A stretch of DNA of 64,000 bases from a virus (taxonomy: Duplodnaviria > Caudoviricetes): positions 1 to 64,000 of IMG/VR virus record IMGVR_UViG_2788500332_000006. One strand, given 5' to 3'. How positions within the stretch are numbered: position 1 is the first letter of the stretch; each line of letters starts with the position of its first letter. The position numbers and the translations under genes are program-made. Shown piece by piece: positions 34,832-43,889 of the stretch. The notes under the pieces are model-generated. The model had not been told where the DNA came from. It ran no database searches and was given only the letters and a program-made list of their open reading frames with translations.

Positions 34832-35209
34832 ATGACCAACCAGCAGGGCGACACCCCGCGCCTCATCCCCAATGCTGTTTACATCAGCCTCTTCCACGGC
34901 CGCGACACAGTCGAGGAGGAGATGGAGGATTGGGGATACCAAGGGCCGATCATCGGCCCGTTCCGCTATGTGCAGATCACCTACATGGGCGACATCAAGT
35001 TCGCCATGGAGAAGGACGCGTTCAAGGCCGCCTTCCCCGACATCTACCAGAGCTGGGTGAGCGCCGGCTACTGCAACGCCGCAGGCGATTACGACATCAG
35101 CACCGGCGTGACGTGGATCGAGCACAGCATTCAGCCCACCGACGGCCTGTTCCCTTGGAAAGGCAAGTTTTACGGCGACTTCTCCGTCATCTCGTCTCCG
35201 GAGCGCTGA
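34832..35209 (+). CDS. Hypothetical protein
   Basis: Y..LFHGR...EEM.DWG..GP.IGP motif; GGAG RBS. Confidence 0.8.
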   Translation: MTNQQGDTPRLIPNAVYISLFHGRDTVEEEMEDWGYQGPIIGPFRYVQITYMGDIKFAMEKDAFKAAFPDIYQSWVSAGYCNAAGDYDISTGVTWIEHSIQPTDGLFPWKGKFYGDFSVISSPER

Positions 35210-35211
35210 CC

Positions 35212-35493
35212 ATGACCGCCCAACATAGCAAAGGGCCGTGGAAGCATCGGCCTATCTGCTCATCAGAAGGCGAGCTCATCCGCGACGAGATCGTGAACGA
35301 AGATGGCGAGATCATCGTCGATGACGTGCGCCGGCCGGAAGACGCGCCGGTGATCGCCACCGCGCCGGAGATGCTGGAGGCGCTGAGGGCTCTCGTTGAT
35401 TACGGGATCAACCTCAGAGGGAAGAGTCGGAGCTACGCCATCCTCCTGATGCGTGGCTTCGATGCCATCGCCAAAGCGGAGGGGCACCAATGA
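35212..35493 (+). CDS. Phage 'HTPGPW...IAAAPEMLEAL' family protein
   Basis: HSKGPW and IATAPEMLEAL motifs. Confidence 0.75.
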   Translation: MTAQHSKGPWKHRPICSSEGELIRDEIVNEDGEIIVDDVRRPEDAPVIATAPEMLEALRALVDYGINLRGKSRSYAILLMRGFDAIAKAEGHQ

Positions 35494-35687
35494 CCCGAAA
35501 GCGCATCACCCTAGCCGTCACCGTCACCATTCCTGAATGGATGACGAAGCGGCTGGCCGGCCGCGAGGTGCGAACCCTCATAAACGAGCAATGCAACTGG
35601 CTGTCGGGCGGCCCCTACGGTGAGCAAGTCGACGAGACAACCGTTCGCGCAGTAGCCGTGAAGCCGATGAAGAAGGAAGGACGGTGA
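35490..35687 (+). CDS. Hypothetical protein
   Basis: ATGA coupling. Confidence 0.7.
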   Translation: MTRKRITLAVTVTIPEWMTKRLAGREVRTLINEQCNWLSGGPYGEQVDETTVRAVAVKPMKKEGR

Positions 35688-36097
35688 CCATGGACTACAC
35701 GGCAGCAGCGGCCCGCTACGCGGCATCCCCGCAGTCGGCCTGCCCGATCCCCCAGTATGTGGAAGCCGTCTGGCAGGAGACATGGGGCCATCTTCAGCCG
35801 AAGGTTTGTGAGGTCTATTCGGGCTTCGTATTGTTCGGGTTCGGCATCCATGGCGACCACCTGCTGATCGATTGGGACTTCAAGCTGCCTGACGGCACGG
35901 AGCTCGACGGCAGCCCATGGCTCTTCGAGGACATGAGCGATCAGGTGTCGGACTGGATCGATCAGAAGGGTCACCGCAGCGGCGGCATCTGGCAGTTCGA
36001 CGGCACGTTTGAGCGCTTGAAGAATGGCAAGAGCCGGTGGCGGGGCAAAGTTCGCCCGATGCGTGCTGTCTATCGCTTCAAGGGGAAGCGGCCATGA
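35684..36097 (+). CDS. Hypothetical protein
   Basis: Coupled ORF. Confidence 0.7.
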   Translation: MTMDYTAAAARYAASPQSACPIPQYVEAVWQETWGHLQPKVCEVYSGFVLFGFGIHGDHLLIDWDFKLPDGTELDGSPWLFEDMSDQVSDWIDQKGHRSGGIWQFDGTFERLKNGKSRWRGKVRPMRAVYRFKGKRP

Positions 36098-36273
36098 GCG
36101 CAACGAAGAAAGCCCGCTCCAAACGCAAGGTGAAGCGGGCCGGCGCCAAGGCGCTGAGGTCCGCCAATCCCCCGAACACTTACCCCCGGCGGGATGGCGC
36201 GACGGCGCCGGCCACAGACCCCGCCTTCGAAACCAAGGGAGCCGATCATGCAGATCTTCACCGCCATTCTTGA
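36094..36273 (+). CDS. Small basic hypothetical protein
   Basis: ATGA coupling. Confidence 0.45.
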   Translation: MSATKKARSKRKVKRAGAKALRSANPPNTYPRRDGATAPATDPAFETKGADHADLHRHS

Positions 36274-36730
36274 GAGCTGGACCGTTCCGGGCCAACACGT
36301 CCAGTCCTTCGTCAAGCGCGAGGCCGCCGAAGCGTGGCTACGCGAGCAGTTCGCCGAATATCTACTTTCAGACCTACAGGAAGAACTGGAAGACGAGGAT
36401 AGCGGGGTCAATGAAATCGACGAATGGTCTCCTGGTGCGGTGGAGCGCGTACTCAACGGCACCGGCAATATGGTCGACTATGAGGAGGTCATCGAGTCCG
36501 TCAACCTCACAAAGTCCTGGAGCGGCTCGCTCACTATCCTCGAAAGTGAACTCGACATCTCCGCTGAGATCGCGGCCGAACGCGAGCGCATTGCCGCCTG
36601 CCTCGACGAGGAGGCCGGCCTTATCCCATGCACCGAAGACGCCATGGTCACCCGGAGCGACGCCCGGCTCGTGCGGGCGGATTTCAGCTACGAGGAAGCC
36701 GATCGATTGGCGGAAGCGGAGGAGCATTGA
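36248..36730 (+). CDS. Acidic hypothetical protein
   Basis: GGGAG RBS; very Glu/Asp-rich. Confidence 0.75.
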   Translation: MQIFTAILESWTVPGQHVQSFVKREAAEAWLREQFAEYLLSDLQEELEDEDSGVNEIDEWSPGAVERVLNGTGNMVDYEEVIESVNLTKSWSGSLTILESELDISAEIAAERERIAACLDEEAGLIPCTEDAMVTRSDARLVRADFSYEEADRLAEAEEH

Positions 36731-36732
36731 CC

Positions 36733-36918
36733 ATGTCCGAGAAAGACCACGTCGACCGCGACGATCTGATGGAGCGCACACGGGCGGCCGTTGCCTTCTG
36801 CAACACGACAAATGATCCCGGCGCGGACATGGTGGCCTTCATGGCCATCTTCCATCCCGAGGTCTCGGAAGATCGGGTCAGGCGAATGGCCCAGGCAGCG
36901 CGGGAGAACAAGCGATGA
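36733..36918 (+). CDS. Hypothetical protein
   Basis: GGAG RBS. Confidence 0.65.
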   Translation: MSEKDHVDRDDLMERTRAAVAFCNTTNDPGADMVAFMAIFHPEVSEDRVRRMAQAARENKR

Positions 36919-37202
36919 CCCTCGACGAAAAGCGCCATCTGATCAAGAAGGCCTTCGATTATCGCTCGGGCGTCGATAGCTGCGGCAGCGTCTACATGGG
37001 CAGCATGGCGAAGGCCGAGCTGTTCCGCCGCCTCGGCGGCAGTTTCGTTCGCGACAGCCTCGATGCTCTCCTGACCAAGGCGGACGATGCTCATTTGAGC
37101 AGCGCCCTCGCCTACTGCTCCGAAATTCTCGCCTACGCCGAGAAGCACCCCGTTCAAATCTGCCCCTGCTGTGGGCAGATCATTCCGGGGAAGCCCTCAT
37201 GA
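36915..37202 (+). CDS. Hypothetical protein with C-terminal CPCCG
   Basis: ATGA coupling. Confidence 0.7.
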   Translation: MTLDEKRHLIKKAFDYRSGVDSCGSVYMGSMAKAELFRRLGGSFVRDSLDALLTKADDAHLSSALAYCSEILAYAEKHPVQICPCCGQIIPGKPS

Positions 37203-37414
37203 CCACGTTCACGATCTTCCAGACCGCCGAGACCCGCGAACGCTACACGGTCAACGCGGAGAGCTTCGAGGAAGCACTTCGCCTGCATTTCGACGGCTGC
37301 TCGACGTTCAAGGGAAACGAGACTCTGTCAACCGAAGATATCCAACTCGTCAACCTGGAGACCGGTGAGAGCAAGAGGGAGACCGACATCACCATCAGCG
37401 AAGAGGACGCCTGA
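37199..37414 (+). CDS. Hypothetical protein
   Basis: ATGA coupling; Y.V.AES.EEA motif. Confidence 0.7.
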   Translation: MTTFTIFQTAETRERYTVNAESFEEALRLHFDGCSTFKGNETLSTEDIQLVNLETGESKRETDITISEEDA

Positions 37415-37416
37415 TC

Positions 37417-37632
37417 ATGCCTAGCTGGATCATCCGCCTGTCCAACTGGTTCGCCGGCTGGCGCTACGATATCGACGGCTGGCTTGTTCGCGCCCGGCGC
37501 AATGCCGATCCGGACTGGGAAACCGTCCTTTCCCACCGCTCTGATCTCGGCTTTGTCGAGGAAGCCTGCATCGCCGTGCGCACGCCGGAAATCGCCTATG
37601 AGATCGACCGCGGGCGCCTGCCCCCGGCCTGA
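37417..37632 (+). CDS. Hypothetical protein
   Basis: GAGG RBS. Confidence 0.6.
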   Translation: MPSWIIRLSNWFAGWRYDIDGWLVRARRNADPDWETVLSHRSDLGFVEEACIAVRTPEIAYEIDRGRLPPA

Positions 37633-37916
37633 CGCGACACCCTGCCCGCCCGCTGGACGGGCAGTAGCCGCTTCAGGAGAGGCGGGCCGCACCCCCCAAC
37701 ATCCATCCCCCACAGAGACTGAGGCGAGCCCATCGGGAGCGCGGCGGCGGCGCACAACGTGTGTCTGCATCGTAGGGCACTGCGTGTCTCTGCAACACAG
37801 GAGAAAGCCATGGGCCGGGCCTGAAAGCCGGCGCCAATACCATCGGCGGGATTCAGCCGTAACCGCCCGCCCACGCAAACGGGGACGGCAACCACCCCTC
37901 GACCAAGGACACCAGC

Positions 37917-38303
37917 ATGAACAAGAAATCTCCGGCGCAGGCCGATATCACCATCGGGCAGAACATCCGCCGTACTCGCCTGCTCAAGGGAATGTCCCAG
38001 GAAGCGCTTGGCGAAGCGGTCGGCATCACCTTCCAGCAGATCCAGAAATACGAGAAGGGCACCAACCGGATAGGCGGCTCGCGCATGGTTCAGATCGCCC
38101 AGGCCTTGGGCGTCTCGGTGATCGAGCTTTACGACGGCGCCGAACTCGGCAGTTCCCCGGCGGGCGCCAGCAACGCATCGGCCATCACCGCACAGAACCG
38201 GCAGGAGGTCGAGTTGCTGTCGGCGTTTCGCCGCCTCAACCCGGCCGTCCGCTCCAAGGTGCTCGGCTTGGCCGCGCAAGTGGCTGAGACGGCCGCTGCC
38301 TGA
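37917..38303 (+). CDS. XRE-family HTH regulator (alphaproteobacterial PraR/PhrR-like)
   Basis: D..IG..IR..R...GMSQE.LG..VGITFQQIQKYEKGTNRI. Confidence 0.92.
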   Translation: MNKKSPAQADITIGQNIRRTRLLKGMSQEALGEAVGITFQQIQKYEKGTNRIGGSRMVQIAQALGVSVIELYDGAELGSSPAGASNASAITAQNRQEVELLSAFRRLNPAVRSKVLGLAAQVAETAAA

Positions 38304-38432
38304 CCACGATCGGACGGCCGCCTGCCCCTCCGCTGGCGGGAGAAAGTCGAGATCGCGGCGCGCATTGCTTGCCTTCTCTCCACGCAACCCACCGTGTAGG
38401 CTAATGGTCCCGCACCTCATCAAAGGATAGAC

Positions 38433-38582
38433 ATGCAGATCCGGCCACTGCTGTTGTTCGTGGCAATCATCGAACTCATCGCAGCCCTCATCCTTCACCG
38501 CATGGGGCTTGCCTACGTCGAGCTGATCATCGGCGCCGCGATCACATTCATTCTGGCGGAATTGATGCGCCCGACCCGGTAG
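38433..38582 (+). CDS. 49-aa two-TM membrane peptide
   Basis: AAGGA RBS; two hydrophobic stretches. Confidence 0.55.
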   Translation: MQIRPLLLFVAIIELIAALILHRMGLAYVELIIGAAITFILAELMRPTR

Positions 38583-38653
38583 TCGAGTGGCCCGCTACGG
38601 CGGGCCTCTCACTTTCCACCCCCCGCAATTATGCACCCATGGAGAGCAAAATC

Positions 38654-39559
38654 ATGAATGCCCTCACCCCGATTCTGTCCGCCTCCTCCACCCTCGCCAC
38701 CCGCGCGATGATCGTCTCCTTGCGCATCTCGCAATGGTCCGGCCGGCGGCTCGACCGCGAGGTCACCAAGGAGGTGAACGACCAGCACGGTGCCGCCTCG
38801 GACGCCGGCCGCTACAACAAGCTGCTGCTGCCGAAGGAAGCCCTCGAGGATATCGAGCGGATCGTCAGCGAAACCCGCAACGAATTCCTCAAGCGCACGC
38901 TGCCGTGGATGCAGGACGGTAGCCGCATTATGGCCGCCGACGCCTACCTCTCCCATATGGCCTGGCTCCGATCGCAGTCGGCAAAGTTCGACGCGGCCGT
39001 CGACCAGTTCATTGCCCAGTATCCCGGCTATGTCGCTGCCGCCGCTGCTCGCCTCAATGGCATGTTCAAGGCGGCTGACTATCCCGAGGCGGAAGAGCTG
39101 CGCGCCAAGTTTGCGATGGAGTGCAAGGTTCTCCCGGTCCCGACCTCGGACGACTTCCGTGTCGCCATCTCCGACGCACAGGCCGAGCGCATCCGCTCCG
39201 ATATCGAACAGCAGGTCGGCGAGGCGACGCGCGCCGCCGTGCGCAACATCTTCGAGCGCATCGCCGAACTGGCGGAGCGCATGGTCAACCGCCTCAACGC
39301 CTACAAGCCCGCCACCAAGCCCGGCGAGCGGTCGGAAGGTGTCTTCCGGGACTCGCTGGTCGAGAACGTCCGCGACTTGATTGCCGTGCTGCCTGCGCTC
39401 GACATCACCGGCGATCCGCGCCTCGCCGACCTGGCGGAGCGGATGAAGGTGCTCGCCGAGCACGATGCCAGCGTGCTCCGCGAAGACGCCGGCAAGCGCC
39501 GCGACGTTGCCAACGAGGCGCAGGCCATCCTCGACCAGATCGGCGATTTCCTTGCGTGA
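38654..39559 (+). CDS. DUF3150-like phage protein
   Basis: AM.VSL.IS.WSGRRLD, AGRYNK.LL, TLPW...G.R, YP...EL..KF, FRDSLVEN. Confidence 0.75.
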   Translation: MNALTPILSASSTLATRAMIVSLRISQWSGRRLDREVTKEVNDQHGAASDAGRYNKLLLPKEALEDIERIVSETRNEFLKRTLPWMQDGSRIMAADAYLSHMAWLRSQSAKFDAAVDQFIAQYPGYVAAAAARLNGMFKAADYPEAEELRAKFAMECKVLPVPTSDDFRVAISDAQAERIRSDIEQQVGEATRAAVRNIFERIAELAERMVNRLNAYKPATKPGERSEGVFRDSLVENVRDLIAVLPALDITGDPRLADLAERMKVLAEHDASVLREDAGKRRDVANEAQAILDQIGDFLA

Positions 39560-39572
39560 AGGAGGCGGGCCG

Positions 39573-39983
39573 GTGGCAACGCCGCCCCGAACCACCGTGG
39601 CAACGTTCCTCCTCATCCCCGTCATCGGGGAGATACAGCCCTACTACGCCCCGCTGCTCGGCGTGGCGTTCAACTCCATCTCGCAGGCGATCACCCGGTT
39701 CTTCGACGAGCCGTTCGAGCATGTGTTTGTCCTCTATGGCGGGCACCCGCGCGACATGTTCGTCGGCGAGACGTCGTCCATCAACGGGCGGCATATCCGC
39801 AATGTCAGGGCCACCGACATCTACCGCGCCAACTTTGTGCATTCCCAATACCATCACGTCTCTTGGATGCCCGGCGAAATTCTGATGCCAGACTTCAGAT
39901 ACACCAGGCGGGAAATCCTTGAATCCGCGCCGGCGATCTGTGGCCCTGCCGTGCTGTTTCCCGATACCATCGTTTGGCGCTAA
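39573..39983 (+). CDS. Hypothetical protein (DUF3846-like)
   Basis: AGGAGG RBS with GTG start; DMFV.E, N.RAT.IY, I.GPAV. Confidence 0.6.
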   Translation: MATPPRTTVATFLLIPVIGEIQPYYAPLLGVAFNSISQAITRFFDEPFEHVFVLYGGHPRDMFVGETSSINGRHIRNVRATDIYRANFVHSQYHHVSWMPGEILMPDFRYTRREILESAPAICGPAVLFPDTIVWR

Positions 39984-40025
39984 CCCGCCTCACCCCCGCA
40001 AGTATGCGAACCATGGAGATCCATC

Positions 40026-41012
40026 ATGAACCTGCAGACCGCAGCGCAGGCGCTCAACGCCTTTCTCGACGCCGACATCCCCGTCATGATGTGGGGCCCG
40101 CCCGGTGTCGGCAAGTCGTCCATCGGCAGGGACATCGTGGCCGAACGGAACTGGGGTCTGGTCGACTTCCGCGCCTCCACCCGCGATCCGGTCGCCCTCA
40201 TGGGCCTGCCCGACCTCACCGCCGACACCACCAAGTGGAAGGTTCCCGACGAGTTCCCGCAGCCCGACCGCGACGGTGCCGAAGGCATCCTGTTCCTCGA
40301 CGAGATCAACGCCGCCGCGCCCTCGATGCAGGCCGCCATGTTCGGGCTGGTGCTCGATCGCCGCGTTGGCGATTACCAGCTCCCGCCGGGCTGGCGCGTC
40401 GTGGCCGCCGGCAACCGCCAGTCCGACCGTGCCGCCGCGCAGCGCATGCCGTCGGCGCTCGCAAACCGGTTCGCGCACATCGATGTCGACCCGGATGTCG
40501 ACACTACCGTTCACCACTTCAACAAGATCGGAGTCGACCCGATCGTCGTCGCCTTCCTGCGCTGGCGGCCGGCCCTGTTGCTCGACATGAAGAATGATCA
40601 GCTCCGCGCGTTCCCGACGCCGCGGGCGTGGGAGCAGGTCGGCAAGGTCGTCCAGCAGCCGTCTCCGCTGCGGCTGGCTCTCATTGCCGGCGTCGTCGGC
40701 GACGGCGCCGCCGCCGAGCTCGAGGGCTTCATCCGCGTCTACCAAGGACTGCCGTCGCTCGATCTGGTGCTGAGCAATCCGAGCGGCGCCAAGGTGCCCG
40801 AGGACTCGTCGGCGCGCTTCGCCATAAGCTCGGGCCTCGCCCGCAAGGTGACCGACAAGACCATCGGCAACGCCATGATCTACATGCAGCGCCTGCCCCG
40901 AGAGTTCGAGATCCTGTTCATGACGGACGCCGTTCGGCGCGACAGCAAGCTCTCGCACACGCAGGCCTTCGTCGACTGGACGGTTCGGAATCAGGACGTG
41001 GTGTTCGGATGA
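40026..41012 (+). CDS. MoxR-like AAA+ ATPase
   Basis: Walker A GPPGVGKS, Walker B ILFLDE, AAGN, ALANRF, FPTPR.W. Confidence 0.93.
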   Translation: MNLQTAAQALNAFLDADIPVMMWGPPGVGKSSIGRDIVAERNWGLVDFRASTRDPVALMGLPDLTADTTKWKVPDEFPQPDRDGAEGILFLDEINAAAPSMQAAMFGLVLDRRVGDYQLPPGWRVVAAGNRQSDRAAAQRMPSALANRFAHIDVDPDVDTTVHHFNKIGVDPIVVAFLRWRPALLLDMKNDQLRAFPTPRAWEQVGKVVQQPSPLRLALIAGVVGDGAAAELEGFIRVYQGLPSLDLVLSNPSGAKVPEDSSARFAISSGLARKVTDKTIGNAMIYMQRLPREFEILFMTDAVRRDSKLSHTQAFVDWTVRNQDVVFG

Positions 41013-41356
41013 GCGTCGCCATCGTTTGGATCGCCGGCCCGATCGGTTACGCAAAGACGCTTGTCGAGGGCGGCCAGTCATTCCGCTGGTCCTTCATCGC
41101 CGGCGACGGCCTCGGCTGTATCCGGCGGTACACCCTGGCATTCGAGACGAAGACCCGGGAGTTCCGGGTCATCGCGCCAGATCGCAACGGCTGGGAGCAG
41201 GCGCATGCCGACCTGCTAACCAACCTGTATCGGCCGATCTCCATCCTCCGGTCCGACCTGCCGAAAGGGAAGATCCTCGACGCCCTGCGCGGGATGCTCA
41301 CCGATCGCGACCTTTCGATAGTGTCCGCGGCCTCCCTCCTGAGAGCAGCATCATGA
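41009..41356 (+). CDS. Tandem paralogue 1 (unknown function)
   Basis: ATGA-coupled to the ATPase; shares motifs with the next four genes. Confidence 0.8.
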   Translation: MSVAIVWIAGPIGYAKTLVEGGQSFRWSFIAGDGLGCIRRYTLAFETKTREFRVIAPDRNGWEQAHADLLTNLYRPISILRSDLPKGKILDALRGMLTDRDLSIVSAASLLRAAS

Positions 41357-41688
41357 GACAAGTCATCGATATCGACCGGCGCGGATCATACCGAGGCTAT
41401 TCGGCTCTCAACTTCGTCTTCGTCGTCACTTTCATCAACGGAGATTCCGCTGAATACGCGCTCCTTTACGATGCTGAGGAGCGAAATTTCCGTGCGGAAA
41501 AACAGGGCCACCGTCCCAAAGATCGAATCCGCTTGGCATGGTTGAAACGCCAGGGGAAGCAGCCCTTCACGATCAAGGTTCGGTTGGCAGACCACCTCAA
41601 GACCCTCCTGACTCGAGAGGAGATGGCAGCATGCGCGGCGATGTCTCTGGAGGGGCCAAAAAGGAATTCAAGATGGCCGAGATTCTGA
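41353..41688 (+). CDS. Tandem paralogue 2
   Basis: ATGA coupling; shared motifs. Confidence 0.8.
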   Translation: MRQVIDIDRRGSYRGYSALNFVFVVTFINGDSAEYALLYDAEERNFRAEKQGHRPKDRIRLAWLKRQGKQPFTIKVRLADHLKTLLTREEMAACAAMSLEGPKRNSRWPRF

Positions 41689-41984
41689 AAATCGAAGGGC
41701 CGGTCAGCCGCGAGGATGAATGGGGCTCGACCATCTTCGAGTTCCACGTCACCTACGAAAGCGGGCGTGTCCTCCGGTGGCTGCTGGAGTTCAGCCACAA
41801 CAATCGGACGTTCTCAACCCGGCCAGCCGGTTCACCCGATCTCCCATCGGTCTTCCCCAAGATGCTGCTCGCCTTGGGCTATCGACCGATAGATATCCGG
41901 TCCGGCGGTCTTCGCAACCACTTGCGCAGCATGCTTTCCCCCGAGGACATCGCCATTTGCGCGCAGGCCTCGCTCAGGAGGTGA
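41673..41984 (+). CDS. Tandem paralogue 3
   Basis: AAGGA RBS; shared motifs. Confidence 0.8.
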   Translation: MAEILKIEGPVSREDEWGSTIFEFHVTYESGRVLRWLLEFSHNNRTFSTRPAGSPDLPSVFPKMLLALGYRPIDIRSGGLRNHLRSMLSPEDIAICAQASLRR

Positions 41985-41987
41985 ACC

Positions 41988-42329
41988 ATGCCGAGGATCA
42001 AAGCCGTCTGGGGGCCGAGAAAAACGGAGGAAGGTCGCGCCCGGATCACTTGGTGGTTCTCCGGCATGAAAGAGGATGGAGAACTTTGCGAGTGGAAGCT
42101 GGTCTACTTCGCCGACACCCGCCGGTTCACCTGTCGCCGCGTCATGTCCATGGTCGCAAAGGAACGGGCTGGAAAACTTGAGAGAAAGGATCTCTTCCGG
42201 ATTCCGTCGGCCAACGGCGATGCGATCGAAGAGGGCTTCGTCACCGATATCCTGAAGAAGCGTCTCACCCCGGAGCATTTGGCCAAATGCGCCAAACTCT
42301 CCCTGACTTATGGGAGGGCACATGGCTGA
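41988..42329 (+). CDS. Tandem paralogue 4
   Basis: AGGAGGT RBS; shared motifs. Confidence 0.8.
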   Translation: MPRIKAVWGPRKTEEGRARITWWFSGMKEDGELCEWKLVYFADTRRFTCRRVMSMVAKERAGKLERKDLFRIPSANGDAIEEGFVTDILKKRLTPEHLAKCAKLSLTYGRAHG

Positions 42330-42687
42330 CTTCCGCAAAGTGCTGGGGCCGTTCGGCCGGGAGGTCGTGAAGGTCGGCGACGTGCGCATCACGTGGGGCT
42401 TCATCGGCATCCTCGCCGACTATGAGACGGCCCACTGGACGCTGACCTATCAGGCGGAGCATCGAAACTTCTATGTCCGCAGGAGTGAACAAGTGTCTCT
42501 ACGCGTGCGCGACGAAAGTGGCCTGATCCACTATCGCGCGGCCGGCCTCCCTATCCACCTGGACATGTTCATCAAGAGCGACAACCGCATTGTCGCGAGC
42601 GGGACCATCACCAACGTGCTCCGCTCCCGGCTCTCGCCGGAAGACATCGCGCTCTGCGCCCGACTTTCCATGAAGGGAACATCATGA
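42322..42687 (+). CDS. Tandem paralogue 5
   Basis: GGAGG RBS; shared motifs; coupled to the peptidase-vWA gene. Confidence 0.8.
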   Translation: MADFRKVLGPFGREVVKVGDVRITWGFIGILADYETAHWTLTYQAEHRNFYVRRSEQVSLRVRDESGLIHYRAAGLPIHLDMFIKSDNRIVASGTITNVLRSRLSPEDIALCARLSMKGTS

Positions 42688-43847
42688 TGATCGCCGAGGA
42701 CAAGATACTCGCCGCCCGCACGGCTCTCATGTGGGACCACCCGTTCTTCGGGGCACTCGCTGTCCGGCTCACCACCATCGACGCGACCGATGACCCGCGC
42801 ATCGACACGATGGCAACCGACGGCCGTAACCTGTTCTTCGACCGGAAGTTCGTCGACGGGTTGAAGAAGCCGGAGCTGGTGTTCGTGCTGGCCCACGAGG
42901 TCATGCACAACGCGCTCGAGCACCACATCCGCCGGCAGACACGCGATCCACGGCGCTGGAACAAGGCATGCGACTACGCCATCAATGGCGAGCTCGCCGA
43001 TACCAAGATCGGGACCATGCCGAAGGGCGGCCTCATCGATCCCGCCTACACCGGCCTCTCGGCGGAAGAAATCTATCGCCTTCTGCCGGAAGAGAATGGC
43101 GGCGGCGCGGATGGTGGGCAAGGCGGACAGGACCCGGGCGGGTGCGGCGCCGTGCTCGACGCGGCGCCGGCGCATGATGAGGCCGCCCTCGCAGAGGCCC
43201 GCGCGGAGATGCAGACGGCCGTCAGGCAGGCGGCGAACATAGCCAAGGCCGCCAATGCCGGCAGCCTGCCGGCGGGCATCCAGCGCCTCGTGGACGAGCT
43301 TCTGAAGCCGAAGGTGGACTGGCGGTCGGTGCTGCGCCGCTTCGTCGACGAGTCCACCACACGCGACTTCGCCTGGTCCCGGCCTAACCGCCGGCTGGTG
43401 CCGCATGGGGTGATCACCCCCGGCACAGTCTCCATCGGCGTCTCGCATATCGTGATCGCCGTCGACACCTCCGGCTCGATCGACGCCGAGATCCTCCGCG
43501 CCTTCGCTGCCGAGATCAACGGCGCCTTCTGCGAGGGCGCGGTGGACCGCATCACCGTGATCTATGCCGACGCCGCGGTTCAGCATGTCGAGGAGTTCGA
43601 GACCGGCGACGAGCTCATGCTCCATCCGGCCGGCGGCGGCGGCACCGCCTTCTCCGATACCTTCCGCAGGATCGAGCGGGACTATCCCGGCGCCCGCGCC
43701 TGCATCTATCTGACCGACCTCTTCGTCAGCGACTTCGGCCGGGAGCCATCCATGCCCGTCTTGTGGGGCGTCTACGGCGACCCGCGCGCCTTCGACCACC
43801 TCGCCGCCACTGTGCCGTTCGGAGAGCCGATCAGCATCGCTCCCTGA
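42684..43847 (+). CDS. Zinc metallopeptidase-like + vWA protein (DUF2201 family)
   Basis: PFFG, TMATDG, HEVMH, N.ACDYAIN, VDWR..L, MIDAS DTSGS, GGGGT, LTD. Confidence 0.92.
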   Translation: MMIAEDKILAARTALMWDHPFFGALAVRLTTIDATDDPRIDTMATDGRNLFFDRKFVDGLKKPELVFVLAHEVMHNALEHHIRRQTRDPRRWNKACDYAINGELADTKIGTMPKGGLIDPAYTGLSAEEIYRLLPEENGGGADGGQGGQDPGGCGAVLDAAPAHDEAALAEARAEMQTAVRQAANIAKAANAGSLPAGIQRLVDELLKPKVDWRSVLRRFVDESTTRDFAWSRPNRRLVPHGVITPGTVSIGVSHIVIAVDTSGSIDAEILRAFAAEINGAFCEGAVDRITVIYADAAVQHVEEFETGDELMLHPAGGGGTAFSDTFRRIERDYPGARACIYLTDLFVSDFGREPSMPVLWGVYGDPRAFDHLAATVPFGEPISIAP

Positions 43848-43889
43848 CCACACCACCAATCGCCGCTCATGGCACCAAGGAGACCTCAC

